Source of the DNA: Acidobacteriota bacterium
GTDB lineage: Bacteria > Acidobacteriota > Vicinamibacteria > Vicinamibacterales > CAVVIG01
Length of the DNA: 64,000 nucleotides
Assembly: GCA_016195265.1 (NCBI GenBank)
Contig: JACPZW010000062.1
Location: 9,904-73,903, forward strand
Reading direction: 5' to 3'
Below the pieces are notes generated by a model. That model had not been told where the DNA came from. It made no database searches and saw only the letters and a list, made by a program, of their open reading frames with translations. The position numbers were made by a program, and so were the translations under genes. Positions 1-8,658 of the stretch are shown here, one piece after another. How positions within the stretch are numbered: position 1 is the first letter of the stretch; each line of letters starts with the position of its first letter.

Positions 1-1
1 C

Positions 2-655
2 GTCCTCGGGCACCTGGTCGGCACGCTCGCGGACGCCGACATCCCGGTGATCGACGGTATCGTCGTGACGCCGGCCGAGGACGAGCTGAAAGCATTCTCG
101 GCCGCGGTCGCCTCGTCCGGCCGCGTCGCCTTGTTCCACATGATCGGCGTGACCCCGGAAGCGCCGACACTCGGCGCCGCCTTTCAGGGTCGCGCGCCAG
201 AGCGCGCGATCGACATCACGACCGCGGATCTTCGCGCGGCGCGCACGGCACTGACGACGGCGGACGGCCGCGAACTGGATATGGTGATTCTCGGCAGCCC
301 GCATTTCTCGCTGGCGGAGTTCGCGCAGCTCGCGCCGCTCGTCGCGGGCCGGCGCGCGCATCCGCGCGTGAAATTCCTGATTACGTCGAGCCGGCTCATG
401 AAAGAAGACGCCGCGCGCGCCGGCGTCCTTGCACCCATCGTGGACTTCGGCGCGCAGATCACGCTGGACACGTGCATCCTCGCGTCGCCGATGCTGCCGC
501 CGGAGGTGAGGACCTTGATGACCAACTCGGCGAAGTACGCGTACTACGCACCGAGCCTGCTGAACACGCGCGTGACGTTTGGAAGCCTGGACGACTGTGT
601 GCAGTCGGCGATCGAGGGTCGCGTGGTGCGCGACGAGCGTGTATGGAACGCGTGA
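2..655 (+). CDS. Aconitase X catalytic-domain protein (DUF521 family), 5' end outside the window
   Basis: The frame is open from the window edge to TGA at 653-655. The C-terminal region (HMIGVTPEAP, ILGSPHFS, ITSSR, DTC) looks like DUF521/AcnX large subunit. It overlaps the downstream DUF126 gene, as in two-subunit AcnX. Confidence 0.65.
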   Translation, partial: VLGHLVGTLADADIPVIDGIVVTPAEDELKAFSAAVASSGRVALFHMIGVTPEAPTLGAAFQGRAPERAIDITTADLRAARTALTTADGRELDMVILGSPHFSLAEFAQLAPLVAGRRAHPRVKFLITSSRLMKEDAARAGVLAPIVDFGAQITLDTCILASPMLPPEVRTLMTNSAKYAYYAPSLLNTRVTFGSLDDCVQSAIEGRVVRDERVWNA

Positions 656-1059
656 TCGCGGGCCGCGCGGTGGTCGCCGGCGAGGCCGAGGGGGAGGCGC
701 TCGTCACGCGCGATGCGCTGTCGTTCTGGGGCGGGTACGATTTCGAGAGCGGCGAGATCATCGACCGCCACCATCCGCTGGCCGGCGTCCGCGCGGCCGG
801 CCGGATCCTGGCGGTGCCGTTCAGCAAGGGATCGTCGACGACGACGGCCGTGCTGCTCGAGGCGGTGCGGGCGGGGACGGCGCCGGCCGCCATCATCACG
901 ACAGGTCCGGACTCGTTCTTCGCGCTCGCGTCGATCGTGGCCGAGCTGATGTACGCCCGATCGTTTCCCGTCGTTGCCCTCGATGCGGAGGATTTCGCGT
1001 TGCTCCAAACAGGCGAGCGGCTGTCGATCACACGCTCAGGAGAGATAAGAAGAGCGTAA
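643..1059 (+). CDS. Aconitase X swivel-domain protein (DUF126 family, small subunit)
   Basis: ATG at 643 overlaps the upstream stop. Recognisable sequence: GEAEGEALV...LSFWGG, PLAG..L..PFSKGSSTT, AIIT. Confidence 0.7.
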   Translation: MERVIAGRAVVAGEAEGEALVTRDALSFWGGYDFESGEIIDRHHPLAGVRAAGRILAVPFSKGSSTTTAVLLEAVRAGTAPAAIITTGPDSFFALASIVAELMYARSFPVVALDAEDFALLQTGERLSITRSGEIRRA

Positions 1060-1094
1060 CCACGGAGGACACCGAGGACACGGAGGGAAATTAG

Positions 1095-1307
1095 CCACAG
1101 AGACACCGAGGCACGGAGAAAAGAGGCTCCGCAGATCGTGTTCGACGCGGCGCCGCGAAGCGGCGTCTCAGGCGGACGACGGAGCGAAACGAACGACACC
1201 AGGTCAGCGTTTCAGGATCGTTCGTTTCGTTCCGTCGTTCGCCTGCTGCGCGGCCTGCCTGGCAGGCCGCCCGCGTCGAACATCTCTGTGCCTCCGTGCC
1301 TCTGTGG
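1095..1307. repeat. Nested inverted-repeat structure (three concentric arm pairs plus a 10+10 palindrome)
   Basis: Arm pairs: 1095-1120/1283-1307 (imperfect), 1140-1150/1271-1281 (perfect, 11 nt), 1171-1196/1219-1244 (24 of 26). A separate palindrome lies at 1250-1270. There is no credible ORF. Confidence 0.7.
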
Positions 1308-1406
1308 CTTGTTCCTCTTCGTTCTTCTTCGTGTCTTCGTGACTTCGTGGCCGTCGTCGTGGCTCATCAGCCAATGCGCCGCGCATTTGATACGATCTGA
1401 CCTCAC

Positions 1407-4013
1407 ATGCCGAAACACGCGGAGCTCGAGAAGCTGACCGGGATCGCCGCCCGCTTCGGCGCGTTCGTCGCCGAACGGCATCCGTTCGCACTGGCGGACG
1501 CGCTGGCGGCGTTCGAAGCGGTTGCGCCCGCGCGTGAGCCGCGCGACGAGGCGGGGATTGACGCGCTGCGCCCGGCGCTGCGGCGGGAACTGACGCGCCG
1601 GCTCCAGGCCCATCCGCTGCCGCCGGGTCTGCCGGACGCCACGCCGCGCATCACCGCGGCCAGGCGAATCGAACAGGCGCACGCCGAACTCCTCGACGCC
1701 TGCGATGGCTTCCTTCGTCGCGCCGCGATCTCGACGTCGCTGACGCGCGACGAGCGCCTCGAGATCCTCCGCGGCATGGTCCTGACGCGCGCGACGGACC
1801 TGCGGCTCAAGGCCTTCTTCCTCGGCGGCGAAGTCCGGTACGGCGCCACCGCGTTTCAAGGCAAGGGATTCCGGTCGCTCGGCCAGGAAGCCATCTACGG
1901 CGCGTGCGTGCGACTGCGCCGCGGAGAGAAGTACTGCGTGGCGACGGCGGGCGCGAGCCGATCAGGCGAGCGCCATCAACAATGGTCCGGGGACGTGATC
2001 GGGCCCATGATTCGCGATCTCGGCGCGGCGTACGCGATGCGGTCGGATGCCGCGACCGTCCGCATGATCCTCAACTCGCAGATGGCCAAGTCCGGCCCGC
2101 CGACCGACGGCAAGGACTTCGGCTACGGCGATCTCGACCACGGCATCCTGCTCCCGGCGTCGCCGCTGACCATCGCGACGCTGACGCTCGCGGGCATGGC
2201 GATGGCCTTCACGCGCGACATTCTTACTCCGGGGTCCCCACCCCGGTCGTCGGGCCGGCTCACGGTCTCGTTCATCGGCGAAGGCGGATCGTCGCTCGGG
2301 GAGTGGCACGAGGCGATCAACCTCTGCGCCGCGCGCAGGCTGCCGATGATTTTCTGCGTCCAGAACAATCAGACGGCGCTCTCGACGCCGGTCGCCGATC
2401 AGTCCGCCGCGCGCGTCTTCGCCGAAAAGGCCGCGGGGTACGGCGTGCCCGGCATCACGCTCGACGGCACCGATCCCGAATCGATCGCGGGCGCCTTCGG
2501 CTGGGCCGCCGAGCGCGCGCGCAGCGGACTCGGCCCGACGCTCATCGAGCTGGTCGCGATGCGTCTGTGCGGCCACGCGCACCACGACGACATGCTTTAT
2601 CTCGGCCGCGATCCGCACACGACGTGGGACGTGCCGCCCCTGCCGCCCGCTCTTGGTGAAAACGGCCCCGGCTACGCCAACCCTGAGCTCTACGAGTACT
2701 GGGCCGCGAAGGATCCGATCGCGCGCTACGCCGCGAAGCTGACCGCGGATGGACTGCTGAAAGCCGGCGAGCTCGATCGCATGAAACAGGAAGCCGAGGC
2801 GATCGTCGAGAAAGAAGCGCGCGCGATCATCGACGCGCCGTGGCCCGAGTCCGCGAATGCCGGCGCTGGCGTCTTCGCGAACGAACCGACGCGCGTGCAT
2901 GTCGAGGTTCTCGATCCGGAGATACGTTTAACCGCGGAAAGCGCAGATGAAGACGAGAAAAACGGCTCCGCGATCTCTGCGAGCTCCGCGGTTAAACGTG
3001 GGCAGGTCGACGTCGCGCCGCCGTTCGATCCGAAAGGCCGCACGTTTCTCGAAGCCGTGATGCTCGGCGTCGGCGACGCGCTGCGCGCCGACCCGCGCGT
3101 GTTCGTCTACGGCTAGGACGTCGGCGGCCGCTACGGCAACGCGTTCCTGCTCCTGCGCCCGCTGCTCGAGGAATTCGGCGACCGCCTGATCAACTCGCCG
3201 ATCGGCGAGAGCGGCGTGCTCGGCGTCTGCGTCGGCGCGGCCATCTGTGGCCAGCGGCCCATCGGCGAAATGCAGTTCAACGACTTCGTCGCAACGGGAT
3301 TCAATCAGCTCGTGAACAACGCGGCGAAGAACCGGTATCGCTGGGGCGGCGGGACGCCGATGGTCGTGCGCATGCCGTGGGGCGGGCTGCGCCACGCCGG
3401 GCCGTACCACTCGCAGAACACCGAGGCGTGGTTCTATCACACGCCCGGCCTCAAGATCGTCACGCCGTCCACGCCGCACGACGCGCGCGCGCTGATGGCC
3501 TCAGCCGTCGCCGATCCCGACCCGGTCCTGTATTACGAGCACATCGCGCTGTATCGCGATCCGCGCGTCAAGCAGGCGATCGCCGACGCGCCGCCCGCGC
3601 CGATTCCGATCGGCAAGGCCGCGCTGCGCCGCGCCGGCGACGACCTCGCGATCATTGCGTACGGCGCCTTCGTCCACGTCGGCATGCGCGTCGCGGCGAC
3701 GCTGGCGGCGGACGGGATCGACGCGAGCGTCCTCGATCTCCGCAGCCTCGCGCCGCTCGATCGTCCTGCGGTGCTCGCACTCGCGCGGCACTGCCACCGC
3801 GTCCTCATCATTCACGAGGACGCGCGCACCGGCGGTATCGGCGAGAGTCTCGCCGCGATCATCCAGGAAGAAGCCTTCGAATCCCTTGACGCACCCATCC
3901 GCATCGTCGGCGCGCTGGACACGCCGGTCCCGTATTCGCCCGCGCTCGAAGACGGCTATCTGCCGTCGGAGACGATGATCGAGCGCGCGGCCCGCCTGCT
4001 GATCGCGTACTGA
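1407..4013 (+). pseudogene. TPP-dependent 2-oxoacid dehydrogenase E1, fused alpha/beta subunits, interrupted by one in-frame TAG (3114-3116)
   Basis: ORFs 1407-3116 and 3216-4013 are in the same frame. Alpha-type motifs: FIGEGGSS..GEWHEA.N, CVQNNQTA. The beta N-terminus (FLEAV..GVGDAL..DPRVFVYG) lies before the TAG. The beta sequence continues directly after it (DVGGRYGNAF...SPIGESG...). Confidence 0.8.
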
Positions 4014-4025
4014 CGGCCCTTCCCA

Positions 4026-5324
4026 GTGAGCGCTGGCAAACACGCGGTCGGCTTCGACGCGGCGTGCGCGATGCTCGAGACCGCGATCGCCGGCGCGACG
4101 CGCCAGGAGATCGTCGAGCACGCGGCGTCCGCGGCGGACTTCCGTCACGCGCTCGTCCACCTGCGCGACGGTATGCGCGCGCACGCGTGGACGGCGGGCG
4201 CGCTTCCTCTGAACCTGACGTCCATCGTCAACAGGTACGACACGAAGACGCGGCAGGAAGGCTTTCACGTCCTCAACGACTGGGACGGTCTCGCCGATCA
4301 CGTCGTCAACGCCGACACCATTCCAGTCGACGTCCTGAACTTCCTGATCGCGAACCGCGGCCCTGGCAGCGACGTCGCGCCGGATCGCGTCGCGCTCGCC
4401 ATCCTGCTCGACTATTACTTCGTGCACATCCTCGCGCTGCTCTCGCTGCGCGTGTGGGACGAAGGGCGCGCCGACGAACAGCTCGACCGGCTGCAGTCGC
4501 TGCTCGGCGATCTGCAGGGGCCGAACGGCAGCGGCCAGCCGTTCGCGGCGGACGCCGAGTCCTTGATCCTGATCGCGACGTGCCACTACGAGCGCGAGGA
4601 GCGCGGGTACGATCTGCTGCTCGAGCGCGTGCAGACGCTGAATCACGCGCATCGCGTGAAGATCGCGCTCGGCCATGCGCCGAGCATGGGCAGCCATCTG
4701 CGCTTCGGCTTCGAGGCGACCTACGCCCGCGATACGACCAAGACCCGCGACGACAACGTCGCCGACTATCCGTGGCTGTGCTTCGCGCTGGCGACGCTCA
4801 TGCGCGAGTACGCGCGCATGCAGGACGCCGGCGTGCAGGGCGTCGAGCGCGATCGGGTCGTCGAAGCGCTGCTGAATGGATTGTCAGCCGATGCACGGGC
4901 GTTTGTCGGGGATCACCCGCCCGCGTCGCTGCTGACGTCCGAGGCCGATCGCGTGGCGTTTCGCGATCTGTTCCGGACACATCGGTCGGCGCTGCTGGAC
5001 GAGTTCGAGCGGTTCCGTCCGCAGGACGAGGGCTATTCGCCGCTCGCGTTCTTCTTCAACTTCTCGCACAACGTGCTCAAGGGCACGGTCGTGGATGCCT
5101 TACTGCGCGGCGAGCCGTGGCCGCTGACGCTGAACGATCTGCTGACCGGCGTGCCGGCCGGCGATCCGAAGAATGACGAACGGCGGGCGCTGGCCGAGAC
5201 GCTGATGGGCTACGCGCGCGCGCACCCGAGCCCGATCCGCGGCCGCATGATGCCCGTGATCGTCTATGATCCCGCGACCGGCCGGCAGTCGATGTCGGTC
5301 GCGATGGGAAAGATGAGGGAGTGA
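4026..5324 (+). CDS. Hypothetical protein, 432 aa, no family recognised
   Basis: Long ORF with ordinary amino-acid composition, unlike the Arg/Ala-rich shadow frames. GTG start lies 13 nt after the E1 stop. No transmembrane segments are evident. Confidence 0.6.
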   Translation: MSAGKHAVGFDAACAMLETAIAGATRQEIVEHAASAADFRHALVHLRDGMRAHAWTAGALPLNLTSIVNRYDTKTRQEGFHVLNDWDGLADHVVNADTIPVDVLNFLIANRGPGSDVAPDRVALAILLDYYFVHILALLSLRVWDEGRADEQLDRLQSLLGDLQGPNGSGQPFAADAESLILIATCHYEREERGYDLLLERVQTLNHAHRVKIALGHAPSMGSHLRFGFEATYARDTTKTRDDNVADYPWLCFALATLMREYARMQDAGVQGVERDRVVEALLNGLSADARAFVGDHPPASLLTSEADRVAFRDLFRTHRSALLDEFERFRPQDEGYSPLAFFFNFSHNVLKGTVVDALLRGEPWPLTLNDLLTGVPAGDPKNDERRALAETLMGYARAHPSPIRGRMMPVIVYDPATGRQSMSVAMGKMRE

Positions 5325-5584
5325 TGGCCGGCGCCGGCGCGGGCCTGGCCGGCGGATTCCGCCAGGAAGACAAGCCCGAGCGCGTCCTCTACATGAAGGT
5401 CGAGAACCTCGAGGCGGCCGTGAAGAAAGTCGTGGCCGCCGGCGGCCGCGTGCTCATCCCACCGACGCACGTTCCGAACGTCATCGACTTCGCGCTCTTC
5501 GAGGATCCGCAAGGCACCGCACCGGTGTCGTGTTGTAACGACTGGCCGTGCAATAAGACGCGTGCGCTCGCGGTCGCGGGCTAA
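5321..5584 (+). pseudogene. VOC/glyoxalase-fold C-terminal fragment
   Basis: VLYMKVENLEAAVKKVVAAGGRVLIPPTHVPNVIDFALFEDPQG resembles the last beta-alpha-beta-beta-beta module of a VOC protein. The N-terminal half is absent and the tail is non-homologous. Confidence 0.3.
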
Positions 5585-6063
5585 TATCGGCGTCGCGTGG
5601 CGACTTGCAGGGTGATAACATCCCGCGCGCGTACGTGATAGAGGATCAGTCAGTCGATCACGCGAGTCGTTGTTACGCGCGGGCCAAGTCAGCGGTCTAC
5701 TCCAGGTCAATACCAGGCGAACTGCGCGCCAACCCGAGAATGGAGCCGACGCGCCGCTAAAACGTGCCGGCGTGCGCCTTGTTCGCCACGGTTAGGCGTC
5801 GCGAACAAACAACCGGAGTGCTCATGAGCGCCGATTCAACGCATCCGCTCCGGATTTCATTCGTCGCAGGCGAAACTGAATCGGAGCGACTTTCTTGTGG
5901 TTGCTCCCCGTTGCGGGCCTCCTACGCTTGAAATCAATCTCGGAGGGCAAGCGCTCGAACGATGGCCCTCAGAATTGTTCGTTCCTGAGAACCTGGCGCA
6001 CGAGGCCGTAGACTATTTCCTAAAGTCGGGCAAACAGGATTCGTCGTTGCACTGCATGGTCCA

Positions 6064-7110
6064 GTGAAGATCGCAGCCGTCCAAGCGTGTCCGGTGTACA
6101 TGGATCGCGACGCGACGGTCGCCAAGGCCTGCGACCTCATCGCGCAGGCCGGCGCGGCGGGCGGCTCGCTCGCGGTCTTTCCCGAAGCCTTCGTCCCGGG
6201 ATATCCGGTCTGGTCCTGGTTCGTCCCCGCGGGCCAGACCCACGCGCTCCGCACGATGTACGCGGAGCTCGTCGCCAACGCCGTCACCGTTCCGAGCGCC
6301 GCGACCGATCGACTGTGCCAGGCCGCGAAGACGGCGGGCGTCACCGTCGCCATCGGCATCAACGAGCTGAACGCCGAGGCGAGCGGAACAACCGTTTACA
6401 ACACGTTGCTCTATATCCGGGCCGATGGCGCCATCCTCGGCAAACATCGCAAGCTGATCCCCACCGGCGGCGAACGCCTCGTGTGGGCCTGGGGCGACGG
6501 CAGCGATCTCGCCGTCTATCCGACGCTGGTCGGCCGCGTGGGCGGTCTGATTTGCTGGGAGAACTACATGCCGCTCGCGCGCTATGCGCTGTCGGCGTGG
6601 GGCGCGGAGATTCTCGCGGCGCCGACGTGGGACCGCGGCGAGCCGTGGCTCTCAACGATGCGACACTCGGCGAAGGAAATGCGGTGCTACGTCGTCGGCT
6701 GCTGCAGCGCGATGCGCAAAGACGATGTGCCCGATCGATTCGCGTTCAAGAAGGATTTCATGAGCGGCGTCGACGGATGGATCAATCCCGGCGACAGCGT
6801 GATCGTGAATCCAGACGGCAAAATCATCGCGGGCCCCGCGCGCGAGCAGGAGACGATCCTCTACGCGGACGTGGATCCCGCGATGATCTCCGGGCCTAGA
6901 GGGCAGCTCGATGTCGCAGGCCACTACGCCCGGCCCGACGTCTTCGAGCTGATCGTCCATCGCCAGCCGAAGCCGTTGATCTCGATGGTGTCGGGCCCGC
7001 AGGAGAGCGACACCAGGTCGCCGAAGGCACCGACGCTGGCGGAACTGAAAGAGGGCGTGCGGCGCGACGTCAAGAGACGCCGTGCGCGCTCGCGACCTCA
7101 GGCTCGATGA
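6064..7110 (+). CDS. Nitrilase / cyanide hydratase family carbon-nitrogen hydrolase
   Basis: Glu-Lys-Cys triad contexts FPEAF, HRKLIPT and CWENYMP. GTG start. Confidence 0.85.
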   Translation: MKIAAVQACPVYMDRDATVAKACDLIAQAGAAGGSLAVFPEAFVPGYPVWSWFVPAGQTHALRTMYAELVANAVTVPSAATDRLCQAAKTAGVTVAIGINELNAEASGTTVYNTLLYIRADGAILGKHRKLIPTGGERLVWAWGDGSDLAVYPTLVGRVGGLICWENYMPLARYALSAWGAEILAAPTWDRGEPWLSTMRHSAKEMRCYVVGCCSAMRKDDVPDRFAFKKDFMSGVDGWINPGDSVIVNPDGKIIAGPAREQETILYADVDPAMISGPRGQLDVAGHYARPDVFELIVHRQPKPLISMVSGPQESDTRSPKAPTLAELKEGVRRDVKRRRARSRPQAR

Positions 7111-7712
7111 TGTCGAAAGGCTCTGACGTGAAACTGCGGTGGGCGCTCGTGGTGATGGGGATGTGGCTGATGGGCACGATCGCCACGTCCGTCGTGGCCA
7201 CCGAAAACTTCTACACCGTCGACCGCATGTTGGCCGCGTCGACGAACGTCCAGTTCTCCAAAGACGTCCAGACGCTCGGCCATCCGCAGACGCGAGAGCT
7301 GCTGCGGTACCTTTCGTCGGAGCTCAATCGCCTGTACTTCAGGATCTGGAACGTCGCGCAGCTCGTCATCGGCGGACTCGTCCTCTGGTTGATTGCCGGG
7401 TCTACAAAGCAAGGCCCGGCCTACATATCCATTCGTAGGGCGGGTTCTTTTGGACCCGCCAGCCTCGTCATCGCGATGCTGGCGGTCGTCGTCGTGATGC
7501 TCGCGTATCTGACGCCGGCGATCGTCTCGCTCGGGCGCGAGCTCGATTTCGTCCCGCACGATCCCGCGCCGCCCGGGATGTCGCGCTTCTGGATTCTGCA
7601 CGCCGCCTACACGACGCTCGCCGATCGAGTACGTGAGTCCCCGCACTGTTCACGACCTTCAGGTAATGGCGCGCCTGAGGCCCGGCGTGACGTTCGCCGA
7701 CGCGCGGCGTGA
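7107..7712 (+). CDS. Multi-pass membrane protein, C-terminus probably non-native
   Basis: ATG overlaps the nitrilase stop. Hydrophobic segments are present. The last ~30 codons read through an ABC-permease relic in another frame. A REP doublet is inserted between transmembrane segments. Confidence 0.5.
   Translation: MMSKGSDVKLRWALVVMGMWLMGTIATSVVATENFYTVDRMLAASTNVQFSKDVQTLGHPQTRELLRYLSSELNRLYFRIWNVAQLVIGGLVLWLIAGSTKQGPAYISIRRAGSFGPASLVIAMLAVVVVMLAYLTPAIVSLGRELDFVPHDPAPPGMSRFWILHAAYTTLADRVRESPHCSRPSGNGAPEARRDVRRRAA
7397..7460. repeat. REP-like doublet (family A, degenerate) inside a CDS
   Basis: ...GGCCCGGCCTAC (7413-7424) faces GTAGGGCGGGTTCTTTTGGACCCGCC (7435-7460). It is read in frame as STKQGPAYISIRRAGSFGPA. 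Confidence 0.7.
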
Positions 7713-7943
7713 CATCGCGGCAGTCGGCGATCAACTGGCGAGAGAACAACACGACGATCAAGGTTGGAAGGCGGACGCGCGCACGCTCCGCGACCAGCAG
7801 GTGCCCTCCGACATCCGCCTGATCGTCATGACGATGATGGGCGCCGTGACGCTTGTGCTCCTGATTGCGTGTGCGAACGTGGCCAACCTGTTGTTGTCGC
7901 GCGCTACGTGCGTCAGCGCGAGATGGCGGTGCGCGCGGAGTAG
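7633..7943 (+). pseudogene. Relic of an FtsX/MacB-type (ADOP-like) ABC permease, internal fragment with a frameshift
   Basis: VMARLRPGVTFADARRDIAAVGDQLAREQ...GAVTLVLLIACANVANLLLSRA matches the region around the first FtsX domain. The expected RQREMAVRA continuation appears only after a frame change near 7902 and ends at TAG 7941-7943. There is no N-terminus or second half. Confidence 0.6.
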
Positions 7944-7995
7944 GCTGACAGCAGCGTGCTTTGCGTTCTCCGCGGTTAGACGTCATGATCGAGAT

Positions 7996-8658
7996 GTGCT
8001 TGCCGCAGTCATCTTCGACTTCGATGGCGTGATCCTCGACAGCGAAACGCCCGAGTACGAATCGCACAAGCAGGTCTTCGGGATGTTCGGCGTCCCGCTG
8101 TCGCTCGACGATTATCTGCGCCACGTCGGCCTCTACCACGTGGATCACGAGACGCAGTGGTTCATGCGGCTGTGCGCGCAGTCGCCGGCCCCGCCCGATC
8201 GCGAGACGTTCGACGCCGAGCGCAAGCGCGTCTTCAACGCGCTGGTGCCGGGCGAGCCGATGCGCGGCATCGTCGATCTGCTCGACGCACTGGCGGCCGC
8301 GCGCGTGCCGCTGGCGATCGCGTCCACGTCCACGTCGCGCTGGGTCGTGCCGGCGGCCGAGCGCCTCGGCATCCGCGCGCGATTCGCGACCGTCGTGACC
8401 GGAGACGATGTGGAGCGGCGCAAACCGGCGCCAGACGTGTATCTCGAGGCGGCCCGGCGGCTCGGCGTCGATCCCGCGCGGTCGATCGCGGTCGAGGACT
8501 CGGCGCCCGGCATCGCGTCGGCGCGCGCGGCCGGCATGAAGACCGTGGCGATTCCGCACTGGCTCACCGAGCGGCACGATCTGAGCGCCGCCGATCTCCG
8601 CGTGGCCCACGCCGGCGAGCTGACGCTCGAAAGATTGGCTAGACTAGTAGGTCTTTGA
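7996..8658 (+). CDS. HAD-superfamily hydrolase (beta-phosphoglucomutase/phosphatase-like)
   Basis: Motif I FDFDGVILDSE; later TSTS, KPAPD and EDSAPGI motifs. GTG at 7996 is the first plausible start after the permease relic, so the start is uncertain. Confidence 0.7.
   Translation: MLAAVIFDFDGVILDSETPEYESHKQVFGMFGVPLSLDDYLRHVGLYHVDHETQWFMRLCAQSPAPPDRETFDAERKRVFNALVPGEPMRGIVDLLDALAAARVPLAIASTSTSRWVVPAAERLGIRARFATVVTGDDVERRKPAPDVYLEAARRLGVDPARSIAVEDSAPGIASARAAGMKTVAIPHWLTERHDLSAADLRVAHAGELTLERLARLVGL

Noticed and set aside
1138-1437. A 99-aa ORF inside the acnX/E1 intergenic region.
   Set aside because: It is composed of the inverted-repeat arms and word arrays, has no start context, and has implausible composition.
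5585-6063. A tRNA, small RNA gene or riboswitch in the A/T-richer gap.
   Set aside because: No cloverleaf-compatible arms, no T-loop GTTCRANYC box and no recognisable riboswitch core were found by eye. The region is better explained as gene relics, though this was not tested computationally.
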